Below are positions 13,182-25,079 of a DNA stretch of 64,000 nt, in pieces. The translations under genes and the position numbers were made by a program. The stretch is from positions 1 through 64,000 of the forward strand of contig MCFE01000309.1 in the NCBI GenBank assembly GCA_002104905.1. Reading direction: 5' to 3'. Source of the stretch: Basidiobolus meristosporus CBS 931.73. Its lineage: Eukaryota; Fungi; Basidiobolomycota. The notes beneath the pieces were generated by a model, which saw only the letters and a program-made list of their open reading frames with translations, was not told the DNA's origin and ran no database searches. Positions within the stretch are counted from its first letter, which is position 1, and each line of letters begins with the position of its first letter.

Positions 13182-13673
13182 ATGACTGAAAAAGCTCGAC
13201 AGGATGTATCAAGGCTCGACATAGCTTTCTTATTGAACACTTCAGAGGATGCTGTAGATCAAGGCATATCCGTGACGATCGGATGCTCCAGCACTTTGCT
13301 TTGTGGAAGAGATGATGCTGCTTCGCGAGAATCTGACGATGCACAAGAATATGAGCAAGAGATAAGGTTGCCAAGCCAGTCCATGTCAACTGACAGCTCC
13401 CTCTCCTCTTCCGACCCCATGAATGATTCGAACAAAAGACATCAATGCACCCTATGTTCAAGGAGCTTTCAGAGGCCCAGTGCGCTTCGAATCCATATGT
13501 ATTCTCATACAGGCGAGAAGCCGTTCGAGTGTAGCTACCGGGGGTGCCAGAAACGCTTCAATGTGGAGTCGAATTTAAGACGGCATCTACGGACCCATCT
13601 ACCGCTCCCACAACAGCCCGTGCGAGGAAAGAAAGCCCGACTCAAGTGGGTCAATCTCTCTCACGAGCCCTAG
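13182..13673 (+). CDS. Two-finger C2H2 zinc-finger transcription factor (Nrg1-like architecture), ~163 aa, intronless
   Basis: HQCTLCSRSFQRPSALRIHMYSH-TGEKP-FECSYRGCQKRFNVESNLRRHLRTH, plus an N-terminal LDIAFLLN repressor-like motif. Start taken at the ATG at 13182. Confidence 0.85.
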   Translation: MTEKARQDVSRLDIAFLLNTSEDAVDQGISVTIGCSSTLLCGRDDAASRESDDAQEYEQEIRLPSQSMSTDSSLSSSDPMNDSNKRHQCTLCSRSFQRPSALRIHMYSHTGEKPFECSYRGCQKRFNVESNLRRHLRTHLPLPQQPVRGKKARLKWVNLSHEP

Positions 13674-15092
13674 GCCTCAAGTCATCAACACCGTTCTGTA
13701 AGAAGAATACCTATCACTAATCCACGATATCATCCCCTTTCATGTCATCAAAGTAATTCATTGTTGTCTTTTTGATCATATGACCTCATTCATCAATGAC
13801 ACATGTATTTTCTTTCTGTAATATTTTGAAAGAACGCATTGGTAGCGCATCCCACCTCCAGCTAAGCCAAATGTAAAAAGCAATAGACATTCCTTGTTCA
13901 AATATAGCACGGGCCATTACCATCTCATCTTCCGCCACTCAGTGGACAGGGGTCAGTTACGTTGTTGTGCGATTCACGACTGTGTCTGTTCTGAAGCCAC
14001 GCTATCGAGTACGGACCACTCTTAGAGGCCCTCAGCCACGATGCCTGCCCTGCGCAATTTGGACAGCGCTTATTCACTGGACGAAACAACCCCCGAGTGA
14101 CGCGGCCGTGGAGAGAAAACAACTGCCCAGGGTTCGCCCGTGAGCAGCAGCGATAATAATAGCAATGACAATAGCCATAGTAACGGTGACAGCAATAGTA
14201 ATACTATCGCACGATACAGGCAATGTCACCAGTCAGAAATAGTGGCCGTAACCAATTGCAGTTAGTGTTGAACCCTCGAACATTGCTCAACGAATGTACG
14301 GATTGGTCCAATGCCAACTATTTGCTGATGAGATGAACCACACTCCTAGTCTATGGTATATGTGAGGGGTTGTTTAGTCCACACCATCTAAGATGCCGGC
14401 GATAAAACCAGAACGAAGCTTACCATATTTGGGGGCAATTTATATATTCTATGTGTACGGAAAAGTGCAAATTACTTTGGTGTCACCGTTATCAACCTCA
14501 ACAAACCTGGCCACATGCATGCTCCGATAACCCTATGGAAATGCCAATTCCATCCGCTGCATGGTATGAGCTCTACAGGGCTGCTTCGAAGGCCAAAGCA
14601 GCAGTCCCTTGGATCCAGCACAGCCGCAGATACATCCCCCTGGCGTAGCTAATGGCGAGGGGTGGTGGAACGGCTGCTTTGACGTGGGCCATCGGCCAAT
14701 TCTGTAGTGCTCAGAGTATTGACTTTTCGTATATACAGCATACGTTTGTATCACAGAACAGGTCGCTAGTCGTATGGAACACTGCCGATTTTGGGTCAAA
14801 CAAATAATGTTCCAATTTGTGCCTGGGTCCACGATTGCAATCCCTATTCCAAATGCACCCTGCCCAACACAGTTACTTTTTCTGGGGTGGCCAAATACTC
14901 GCCTGGTTGGGAGACCAGCGTCGAATCGTAGGGCAGGGGCGTTAACGGTCAGCCCGTCTTGTGACCCGCCTGAAAATGATTGTAAAATCCACTTGTACAC
15001 TAAAAAAGCATTTATTGTGTTGTATCTCATATATTGAACAGTGTTGGAGTTTGCTAAGGCATGGTGCGAAATTCGGGGGCCATTAGGTGAAT

Positions 15093-16901
15093 TCACATTA
15101 GACCAATCGACCCACGTCTCTTGCGCTCGTGGTACTTCGCAATGAGAAGTGCTACATCAAGCGATTGTTCGTAGTTCAACCTGGGGTCACAGGATGTCTG
15201 GTAGTTCTGCGGGAGATGGTGGTGCTCCAGCTCCATGAAGCCTCCTACGCACTCGGTTACACTGTCTCCGGTCATTTCTAGATGCACCCCGTTCAAAGTA
15301 CGCCCATACTCCTGGTGAATTCGGAAGCTACGGCTGATTTCTTCGACGATGCTGCGGAAATTGCGCGTCTTTACTCCCGAGCTCGACTGTTCGGTACTGA
15401 TGGAAGCAGTTAGCATCCGGCGAGGCGAGGCTACATAGGAGTGAGGATACTTACTTTCCGTGCATCGGGTCACATGCCCACACCACAACATGGCCGGACT
15501 CCTTGACCGCCTTGATATGTCCGGGGAGATACTTATCGACCTAGGGAAACGCAAGTGAGTCGATTGACGTTGGGATGTAGGGTGTGTAATGCATAATTAC
15601 AAGGTTGCAGCCGTAGCGAGTGATCAGTGTGACTTTGCCTATTTCTTTGTTAGGGTTGACGATGTCCAACAGCCTGCCCAGCTCTTCTGGCTCCATCGAT
15701 GGCCCACACTTGATGCCGATGGGGTTCTCGATACCCGAGAAATACTCGACGTGGGCCCCGTCTATTTGCCTGGTGCGATCGCCGATCCAGATGAAATGGG
15801 TGCTTGTGTTGTACCACTTCAGCTCTTGGGTGTCTGGATCGGGGAGCTCCCTCGTGAGCGCCTCCTCGTAGGGGAGAATCAGCCCTTCGTGAGATGTGAA
15901 GAAATCGATGTTGCTGATTTGGCTGGCGTCAGCGCCCACTACCTTCATGTAGTTCAATGCATCGGACAGACGGTTAGCTATGGACTGATACTCCTCTCTG
16001 GTGTGGCTATTCCGGAAATGTTGCAGATCCCATGCGGTGGGGTCGTGAAGGACTAGGTTGGACCGTTTCAGTGAACATCCCAAACTAACAATCAAATACA
16101 AATGGGACTAACCAGCAAAGTCGGCTAAGTTCGCATTGAGACGCAAGGGGATTAGTGGGAATTCTTGAAACATCTGCAACAGGGCTCAACTTACAATGCA
16201 AGATTGTTCGAACATAGTTCATGCTGGCCGCGGAATGGAAATATGCCCTGGAAACAATGAAACGTCGGTGTCAGTGGTGGGGTCCCCAAGCAACGTGTCT
16301 GCCACTCTCACCCTAATAGCCGCTGTGGATCGGGCTTGCGCTCCGACGGGTCAAATCCGTTGACGTTGTCGCCACGGAAGGAAAGAACCTCCTTTCCATC
16401 GATGATCTCTGTAGGCTTGGAGCGTGGCTTCGCGTACTAATAGCCAATGACTCAGTTTCGGGCCACATCGTGGGGGAAAGAAAATCAAGTTACCTGGCCG
16501 GCCATTCTGGCGATCCTCACCACTGGGATTCTGGCTCCCCATGTTAAGATCAGGCTCATCTGGAGGATGATTTTGATCTTGTTCTCGATGGGCACCTTCG
16601 AGCAATAGTCGAACAGCTCGGCGCAATCCCCACCTTGCAACAAGAACGATTTCCCAAGGGCCACATCGGCCAACTGCTCCCGGAGATTCTTGATCTCCCG
16701 AGGGGAAGTCATGGGCGGCAGATGGCGCAACTTCGCCAACACCTTGTCTAACTCTTCTTTATCGTCGTAGATCACATCTTGGGTGACCTTCTTGCTTCTC
16801 CAGGAACTAGGCGACCATTTATTTCCGCTTGTCTCGGTGTTTCTGTCCTCAATGTCGAGCTCAACCTTATCAAACATTTCTTGGAGTTCGGATGGATCCA
16901 T
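15093..16901 (-). CDS. Class II 3-deoxy-D-arabino-heptulosonate 7-phosphate (DAHP) synthase, multi-exon
   Basis: Motifs [30 protein letters not shown]|[86 protein letters not shown] and [11 protein letters not shown], joined by GT-AG introns. Confidence 0.95.
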
Positions 16902-17745
16902 CGGGAGAACTTGAGAATAGGTAGATTTGCAGGAAAGTGGCAGCAGGAAGAGAGTCACTGGCGAGCTAATTGGAAATGATTTGACATTTCGTGCCGACTC
17001 TAGTTGGCTTAAGTACTTGGATGGGCCGCCAACTACACCACACTGAATGACACTCTAATGATGGCCAACGGGGCTCTTGATTCGAGGTGATCAATGAGCA
17101 CCCATATCGCCATGATGTTTCAACTGCCCAAGATTATGCAGGATATCAAGGTTCATGCAACGCTTGTTGACCACCAATACCAGCGCCCGAATGATTAAGC
17201 CTGGTGCCTCTAAGACTTCCACTTGCCAATCATATGCCTACTACGATGGCGCACTTATGCCCGGCCCACCATCAAGCCAATATCTTTCATTGCATGAGTG
17301 AAAAGTGTTTAGAGGTAAACTCACCCAATCCACCCTGTGCGATGAGACTCAACAGCCCAATTTGCTGGGAACTGTGTAAACATTAGCTAGTAACGACCAT
17401 TGCGCCAAGCTTTGATTATTGAGACAACCTCGGCTACTCACAATTCCAGCAACCACCGACATTGTTGGTAACATCGGTGATCCGCTTCTGCAGGCCATCC
17501 ACCCATCTGACACAGGATCACCCATCGGGAGCCCATAAAAACCTTTGTATGAAAGAGTGTAACGAAAACGTGGTCGAATAGGTGGATGTTTGAAAGCTGA
17601 AACTCGCCCGATAGTCCAGATAAGGGGAATCTTAAAAACTTTCGAACAGTTTATTACAGCATGGGGCCGAGACGAAATTGTAATCAACGTACTACGCAGA
17701 AATTCGTGTGGAGATTGGGGGGACGTCCAACAGTTGGAAATCCCT

Positions 17746-18495
17746 TTAGTTCTTGTAACCACGGCTGGCGCGACGACCTCTAGCACGCTCGAACTTGCGT
17801 CCCTTGGAGCGAACGTAGGGCTTGGCATGGCTCTTGGGAACACCGGCAGCACCGAAGTGCTTGACGGCCTCGCGAGAGTTCTTGGGACCTCTCAGAAGGA
17901 CGGTGTTGGCACCGGTGGGGGCGCGAAGGGCCAATTGGTCGAAGGTGATGATCTCTCCACCAGCCTTGAGGATTCTGGCGCGAGCGGTCTTGGTGACACG
18001 AAGAGCACAAACGCTGAGCTTGGGGACTTCCAAGAGACGCTCATCATCGGTTACGGTGCCAACAATGACGGCGATCTTTCCGTCCTTACCCTTGGCATAG
18101 CGAGCCAAACGGGAGATAGAGAGGGGAGCGCGGTTGACGCGGGACATAAAGAGACGCTTAAGAATAACCTTGTTGAACTTGGCGTCGGTACGACGAGCAA
18201 GGAAACGGTACAACTTCACCAACAAGCGAAGGTAAACATCCTGGCTACGAGGCTCAGTTCTGTTGCCGTTCTTGACGTGGTGTTTTTTAATGTCGATACC
18301 CTAGGGAAAGAATTCGTTAGGTTAGCACACCATTCGTAATCGTGATGACCGATCTCATTCATCCATCAGTAGAGCCGTATATCTGGGCAGCGGTAGGTCT
18401 CTTCTGTCGTGAGAAAACCCCCGCCCCAATGAATTCTATCTCTGCTGGAGGATGTGGAGTAGCTAGCAACATATACAGGAATACACACTGACCAT
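17746..18495 (-). CDS. RPL18: 60S ribosomal protein L18 (eL18); ATG followed directly by intron 18301-18492
   Basis: M|[61 protein letters not shown]...[25 protein letters not shown], 185 aa. Confidence 0.97.
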
Positions 18496-19853
18496 TACGG
18501 TTGAACGGACGTACGGTGAATTGGAAAGAAGGAGCAATCCGTGTGTTTTTGTTGCTTTTATTGTTCTTCCGAAAAAGGCAGTGATAGGTCCCGCGTCATG
18601 TGAATCCCATCAGGATCTCCCAACAAAATGGCGATTTTTTTATTGTGCTCAAGTGCAATGTCCAGCTCGATTTCGCTGGCAAAAAACCCAGCGTTCCCTC
18701 CGCATGGAAGCCCTCCGTGAGGCAGGCCATGGTTTGACCGGATATTATCCACGGTCATGGCGTTCGTTAGGGCTCACGTCAAGAGTTGATGATGTGCGCC
18801 GATTTCCTAGTGGAAGCAAGAGCAAGAGTCTTCGGTGGTGAACACTGGCGAATCACATAAACAGGAATCTTCCGTCAGAGCAATGATTGATTAGCATCCG
18901 AGATTGGCTGTCATGAACTCAACATCCTACCAAATCAGCCCAGCACCCAATGGATTTGCACTAATCAGCACCCATGTGAAGGTGGAGATTGTTCTGCAAG
19001 TTGGTTGAGATATAGGAATATTGGTTCTTTCGGACCTATCCCAATCTCATATCAGGCATGGAGAAAGGGGCTGCCCAGTGCGAATGGTGCCATTCCTGTA
19101 TAACGTGGGCTTTGATCCGGTCTCAAAATAGCAGCCTATGTAGAGGGGGTTACGAGGATTGGTTGCTATGGGCAGCGAGGGATGATTTCGAGCGGAACGT
19201 GCACGGGTTGATCGTGATTGCGAGCAGGCAGTTACCTGAGGTCAAGTGTAGGCTTTATTCAAAGCCTTGTATATGTACTTGCAGTGCAATGGGAAGAATC
19301 CGAGCTGCCACAGTATTTAGAGAAATCATTGGCAAGTGTGGATTATTCTGTCTTACCGTGTCATACGCTAGCTATGAAAAGTTAAATAGCCACTAGGATT
19401 CTGGAACTGGTGACTGTCGAACAGTGGACAATACGCATGGGTTCTCAAGAGATATTGATCAAGCTTCATGTACAATGTCGGTTATTAAGTCAAGTTGCAT
19501 GAATATCAGAATATTTCCATGGTTTATCCCACACATCGCCTCTTGCTTGGTGTACTGGGTCTGGTTGTACCTGTGAATGTTGGCATTAAGACTAATTAAG
19601 ACTATCGAGCTATATTACTAGGCCAGTGGCCCCCTCCTTCGTTGTTTTGGAATTGATTCAGCAGTGTGCTTCACTTCCTGTTCAACTTAGTCTTGGTATA
19701 TCAAGGGTACTGAGCTCCTTGTACTCTGGGGCTTTATCCTCGTCGTAAACTTTCCTTGCTTGTCCTGAAAATATTGAAATATTCAGTTGAAACTGGCTTG
19801 TTCGGCCCTCGATTGCATTCCCCAATCCAGACGTTGCCCGCATCTCTTCCAAA

Positions 19854-21142
19854 ATGGAAGCAGTGGTGACCCAAGCGCCCGACAGGGATGCTACCTTCCA
19901 TAAGCTTCTTACTCGAGTCCAACAGGAAAAAGATGACAATTCAAGGCACACCTCCCTCAATGGAAAAAGCAACGGTACTTCAGTTGAGCCTCTATCTCTT
20001 CGGATGTTTATTGCAAGCTTTCTCAACCCATTTTCTCTCCAAAACAAGAATCGAGAGAATCCACAGCAATCAGTGGCCAGGACCCTCTGTTCCCTGGGAA
20101 AGCCAAAGAATGCAAAAAACCTTGGCCCTTCCTATCGGCCATACTGAGCTGCGTCTGCGGTGGGGACGAAGTTATCAAGTCGAGAGAGGAACTCCCCTCC
20201 GGGGTGTTGCCGAACGCAGTTGTGCAGCAAGAGGTTCCCAAGTCTCGTTTCGTCCTTTCAGTCACAAACGAAGAAAAGCACGCCACCTCCATCCCCAATT
20301 TCGAGCCAAATACGGAGGATCCAGCCTTGGTACAACAGTCTGACTAATCGTTGAATAACTTTATATTGAAGCGCTCAATTTAGGTGGACACAAAGCATCT
20401 TCTAGGCCCTACCAGAAGAGAACATGCAGGTAGGAAATGCCTTGTTTTGGATTTGGATGAAACCCTGGTGCACACCTCCTTCGAAGTAAGCTACGCTCGA
20501 TACGATTGCACCTGGAAGACGCTAACGATTGGCTAGGTGGTTGAGCAAGCTGACTTCATCATTCCGGTCGAGATTGAGGGCCAATACCATAACGCCTACA
20601 TCCTGAAGCGCCCTGGGGTAGATGAGTTCTTACGTGAGGTGGGGAAGACCTTCGAAATCGTGGTTTTCACCGCCAGCCTGTCGAAGGTAAGGAACTGCCC
20701 GAGCTAAGCAACGATTGCGGCCCGTTTTGACCAGGAGGTTGGTTCTTAGTACGCGGACCCAGTGCTGGATACACTTGATGTCCATAAAGTCGTCCATTAT
20801 CGATTGTTTCGGGAGTCATGCTACAATTATGGTGGTAACTACGTCAAGGTAGGTGGCGTTTCCGTGGCATGCGTCGGTTGATGGATTCCTTAGCGTCTAT
20901 ATCAGGACCTATCCCAGCTGGGACGAGATCTCAGCCAAGTTATCATACTCGACAACTCCCCCGCTAGCTATATCTTCCACCCCGCAAACGCCGTGCCGGT
21001 CAGCTCATGGTTCAATGACCCGCATGACACTGAGCTGTTGGATTTGGTCCCCTTGTTGGAGGATCTCGCCGAAGTCGAGGACGTTACTCTGATCCTGGAC
21101 ACGCTGATCGATGCCTCACGGCCCCCGACAGCCAATTCCTAG
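19854..21142 (+). CDS. Psr1/Psr2-like small CTD phosphatase (NIF/FCP1-homology HAD domain), multi-exon
   Basis: [13 protein letters not shown] (DxDxT), [22 protein letters not shown]|[40 protein letters not shown] and [13 protein letters not shown]. The N-terminal part has a Cys-rich LSCVC patch if intron 19975-20048 is used. Confidence 0.9.
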
Positions 21143-22834
21143 GTCATCAGTGTTCTACACCTTCATCTATCAATCGATTTTCCGTCGACATGATTACATC
21201 CTGGCATTGCCACTCGTTTGGCATATGTTATCATATGGTTATTTATTGCACGAATCTTATCCCCCAAGTCATCTGCGAGATACGACTGTGCCCGACACCC
21301 TCGCCACTGCCTTTGGCAACCGACTGCTTCGATGTGGTCCTCTCCCCTCTCCCGTTTTGTTTATGCCCGGTTGACGTACCTACCCGCCTCGTGGTATTTT
21401 TGTTCTGGTGTGGTGACTCATGTTTCTGATTTTGATTTTTGAATAAATGAGTGGAAGGCACTGCAATCTGTCTGCAAATGAGTTCCGAACCTTGTGTTCG
21501 GTTTCACTCGCATTTTCCCGCCGCCTGAAGTGCTTGCGGAGGCCAGTCCAGTGACTTTCAGACGCAGCCAAAAACCCTCGCTCCCAGTCGCTGTGCCCCT
21601 TTAGCCTGAGTGGGATTTGATGTGTTGCTGCCACTGGCCATTCTGATCCGATGGGGGTGACTGGCTGCTTCGTTCTTCCACTTGCATCGACACATCGCTG
21701 GGTAGCCTTGCAATTCACCGTCCGGTCACCTCGATTCATTTGCTTCTACCCCTCGTATTGGCCGGACGCCTGAGTTGTTCGGTGTCACCCTCTTGCGGAC
21801 TAAGACAGTGCTGCACCCAGCTGAGGCGACACAGTTTGATGGTGAAGAGGCCGTCTTACCCATCCATTCCGCTTTTGGTTTAGTGTATACCAAGTTGATC
21901 CACACTCACCACTTCCATCCACCTATTTCAGATGATCTGATGCATCTACTGATTCGCACGCTTACACTGCGAGAACACACCCTGAGGCAGAGGGTTCTGG
22001 AATCCGGTGTTACCGCCACATATGGATGCGCCGTGCTGGTTCCATCGATACCACCATGGCCACTGATTAAGGTGAGGATGCATATGCGACTCTGTTCCAT
22101 CGGATCGCGGGTTACGAATTCGATTGCTACAGCAGCGAAATCAAGCCCCGTCGCCAATCATCTGCATACTGAGCTGTACACTGCCATTACGAGTTAAGCC
22201 CCCCAACAACACGGTGCCCTATAGATGGATCAGGCCTAATGCTGCACAGTCACCCGAGCCTGTGTCCGGCATCCGCCAATCGGCGGGCCCCCAGGACACT
22301 TAAGGATTTTCAGACGAATCCAATCCATTGGTTTTGTATCGATGGTCAGCCGCATACAATTTCTGTACCCAGACAACGTCCCGGATCAATGAAACCTAGC
22401 CAGGCTGCCAACCTCGTCCGATGCACATGACTTCCAGTGGATATGTGGACTGATCAGTGGAGCAGAAGTGCAGCGAGCGTGACTCGATCTCAGATGCAAT
22501 GGCCCACTCCCCTCGATTTGGCAAGCTCCTAAGCATTTTAGTGAGATTTCGGGTGTTATCTCCCGTTGCCATGTTTGGAAAAAGCAACCAGATACTTTTC
22601 TACGGAACCATCTGACGACTTGCCCTAACTGGCAGGATGCGAACACTGGCTGAAATTAGTTAAATACCCAGTTTTGCATGGTTACCACCTCTTCATACGT
22701 TGGGGTGGATTGCCGTCTATATATGCCACAGTTAGGCTGCTTGAGTAGTCACATTCGCATACTCCTGATTTCACGCCCCTTGATTCCAAGCGCTCTCTAT
22801 TATACCTGCTAGGTATAGTGATCCCTACCACTTC

Positions 22835-23605
22835 ATGCAGTCGTTGCTAGCCCTTTCCCAAGAGATCGTTGACCATGTTTGCCAAAGCCTCTCTCTCCCA
22901 GACATCATCCATTTAGCACTGACCAGTCGCCAACTTTACCTTGCTGTCTCTGGAAGTAGCTGTTGGAACAAAGTTCGTCTCACCATTCCCCAATTCCAAG
23001 TCACCGTCAGCCCGTTGAGCCCCGAGTACCAGTGTTCTCAGATCGACGCCAGCCTCGCGCAAGCTTTTCGACGTGGGCTTTTGGCGAACGCGGCTCCTCG
23101 GATACGGGAGCTCTCCTTCGATAATACCGAGGTCACGCCCCGCTGCCTGGATGTGGTGTTCGAGAAGTGCACCCAGCTGCGAAGTCTCTCCCTCCTCCAC
23201 TGCCCCCAGATCGATATCGTCGGGCTGGTGTCGTTTTTCCAGAAATCCCGGGCCAAAAAGCGGACCACCCTTCCCGAACTTCACACCCTACGTTTCTTCG
23301 GTCACCCTACCGAGGGCGAGGTTCGTAGGCGTTACGCTGGTTACGTATCCTGGTTACTGCCTGCGTTGAGAAATGCCCTGGTCCGGTACACGGGCAACCC
23401 CCACTTCCACCTGGACATCCTGTCCGAGCACCAGTCCAGCCCGGCCCTCTATTGCCGCAACTGTGGCGAAGGCCGTTGCCAAGAATGTTACGCAGGGTAT
23501 TCGATTCGTCCGATATGGTGTGATACTTGTCAAGCGTACGAGAACATCTGTGACCATTGCGTACCTCCACCCGTGCAGCACTACGGTTGTTTGAAATCTT
23601 CTTGA
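22835..23605 (+). CDS. F-box protein with LRR-like repeats and Cys-rich C-terminus, 256 aa, intronless
   Basis: N-terminal LLALSQEIVDHVCQSLSLPDIIHLALTSRQLY (F-box), RELSFDNTEVT and CTQLRSLSLLHCPQI (LRR-like), and a CxxC cluster CRNCGEGRCQEC...WCDTC...ICDHC. Confidence 0.75.
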   Translation: MQSLLALSQEIVDHVCQSLSLPDIIHLALTSRQLYLAVSGSSCWNKVRLTIPQFQVTVSPLSPEYQCSQIDASLAQAFRRGLLANAAPRIRELSFDNTEVTPRCLDVVFEKCTQLRSLSLLHCPQIDIVGLVSFFQKSRAKKRTTLPELHTLRFFGHPTEGEVRRRYAGYVSWLLPALRNALVRYTGNPHFHLDILSEHQSSPALYCRNCGEGRCQECYAGYSIRPIWCDTCQAYENICDHCVPPPVQHYGCLKSS

Positions 23606-24719
23606 ACCATCCATCGTTGCCACATGCGAAAGCGTATATATACACATACAACATATCCTCTAGAGTCCCGCACACCCGACTAATCGTTCTTACTACGAGG
23701 TGTCCGACCACATCCAATTTTCAAACCATGTATTATAATCGTTCAATAGAATCCTCCACACACTCCACCCTTCACCCTCCTCTCCTAACATAGGTGCCTC
23801 ATATACGAGAATATTTCCAAACATAATAATAATAGGTAACAACATGGTCCAGTGTTTACGAGTATCCATGGGTGCTCATGTTTCGAGACGTGGAAACCTC
23901 CCCAGGCCCCCGAGAAAGGTGGTTGCCGTCTGGACTGGATTACAGGGTATTCGTAGGATTTCGCGGCGTGGTCAGCGATGGAACTCCGGTGGGGGAGGTG
24001 TAGTTGGTTGGTCGATTTTCCCTTCCATTATTGCGCCCGTCACACCGTCCACTTGGGCTCATGTTGATGGCAGCCTAGCATGCCTACCGTAGACGAATTT
24101 TGGACCGTCGGGATCTCCCATATCGGGAAACTACCCCCCCCCCGCCCACGAGTCCTGAATTGGTGGTCCCCCCAGCTACCCGTCATTACGGATAAATCCG
24201 GACCATCGCCTAAGGGCGTCCGGAGTTTTCCGGAAGACGGGGAAAACCTACAGGGGTGTGATGGGAAGATAGTTACATGGTTGCACGAACCTGTAGATGG
24301 GGTGAATACATGCATACGCTTGGCAGGGTTTCGGGTGATGGCGAATTTGGTTTCATGATCGGTCAGATCGGGGGCATCAGCATGCCTAACATCTATACCA
24401 AACAATCAATCGGCCAACCACCTCAATCCCATCTACTTGGGAATTTCGTGGCGGGAACCTCCTCCCCCCCCCCGCACTCTTCAGAAGTAGCCGTCCTAGT
24501 TCCAGTCTGGGCTACGCTGCTCTTCAGTGGATCTTGATTCCAACGTAGACATGCACCATGAGGAAGTGAAGTTCTCTTATGGTTACCATGCAATTCCGGT
24601 AGTCATTCATTGATGAATCTAGTCTTTTGCTGTTGCGGGGAGCAACTGCCAGCCAATATTGTAAGCACCCTGCTAATGTGACCTGAAAGTAGTCCCTATG
24701 AGAAATCTCAATCTTGGGA

Positions 24720-24950
24720 TTCATCTGATCTTCAGCTGGTGGTTTTCCTTCAAATTTTCAGTGGCAATTTTTGGTGGAAGTTGTGAGCAGCTAATTACCA
24801 AGCTTTGTATGAATGAAAATTGGCCTAGTCTTCTCCTGGCAAATATGTTTACTTGTCCACCCAGCATCTAGTACCTGAGATGCTGAGAGTTGTCAGTTTT
24901 GAGAAACTTGGAATCCAGCTGATATTTTGATGGTATTCTGCTGGCCTTCT
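24720..24950 (-). repeat. Unclassified dispersed repeat; second copy inserted in the Copia RT at ~27960-28190 (+)
   Basis: The reverse complement of 24720-24950 aligns with 27960-28190 (shared GGCCAGCA.A.TACCATCA, ATTCCAAGTTTCTCAAA, TTGGTAATTA, TTCCA.CAAAAATTGC and CACCAGCTGAA). Confidence 0.55.
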
Positions 24951-25079
24951 TTTAGTTCTTTTTCTTAGGGAGTGTGAAAGGGAGGCAAGTTTTAGATTTG
25001 GGTGGACAGGTTGGTTTGGTGGGTGGATAAACTTCCCTCAGCACTTTGTGGATTTATGGATTATTTTGTATCTCTTTGA

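Noticed and set aside
14041-14270. Asn/Ser-rich frame with a single in-frame TGA (possible readthrough or pseudogene)
   Set aside because: Low complexity, short and no recognisable homology.
5808-16901. Possible biosynthetic gene cluster (ovoA + C2H2 factor + DAHP synthase)
   Set aside because: The genes are kilobases apart, have no shared pathway logic and are mixed with housekeeping genes.
15093-16901. Class II (plant/bacterial-type) DAHP synthase as a novelty
   Set aside because: Class II enzymes are already known in many fungi, and the gene is intron-rich.
17590-18339. 249-aa plus-strand ORF
   Set aside because: Antisense shadow of RPL18 caused by codon bias. The same applies to 7706-8440, 15589-16056 and 22913-23284.
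18301-18492. snoRNA in the long RPL18 intron (also the 335-bp intron 3111-3445)
   Set aside because: No convincing C/D or H/ACA boxes by eye. An Infernal/Rfam search would be needed.
19975-20150. Apparent frameshift or premature stop in the Psr1-like N-terminus
   Set aside because: Resolved by an intron 19975-20048 (GTACTT donor, CTCAAC branch-like site, pyrimidine tract, AAG acceptor).
1-24600. tRNA or rRNA genes
   Set aside because: No T-loop/cloverleaf or rRNA-conserved sequence recognised by eye.
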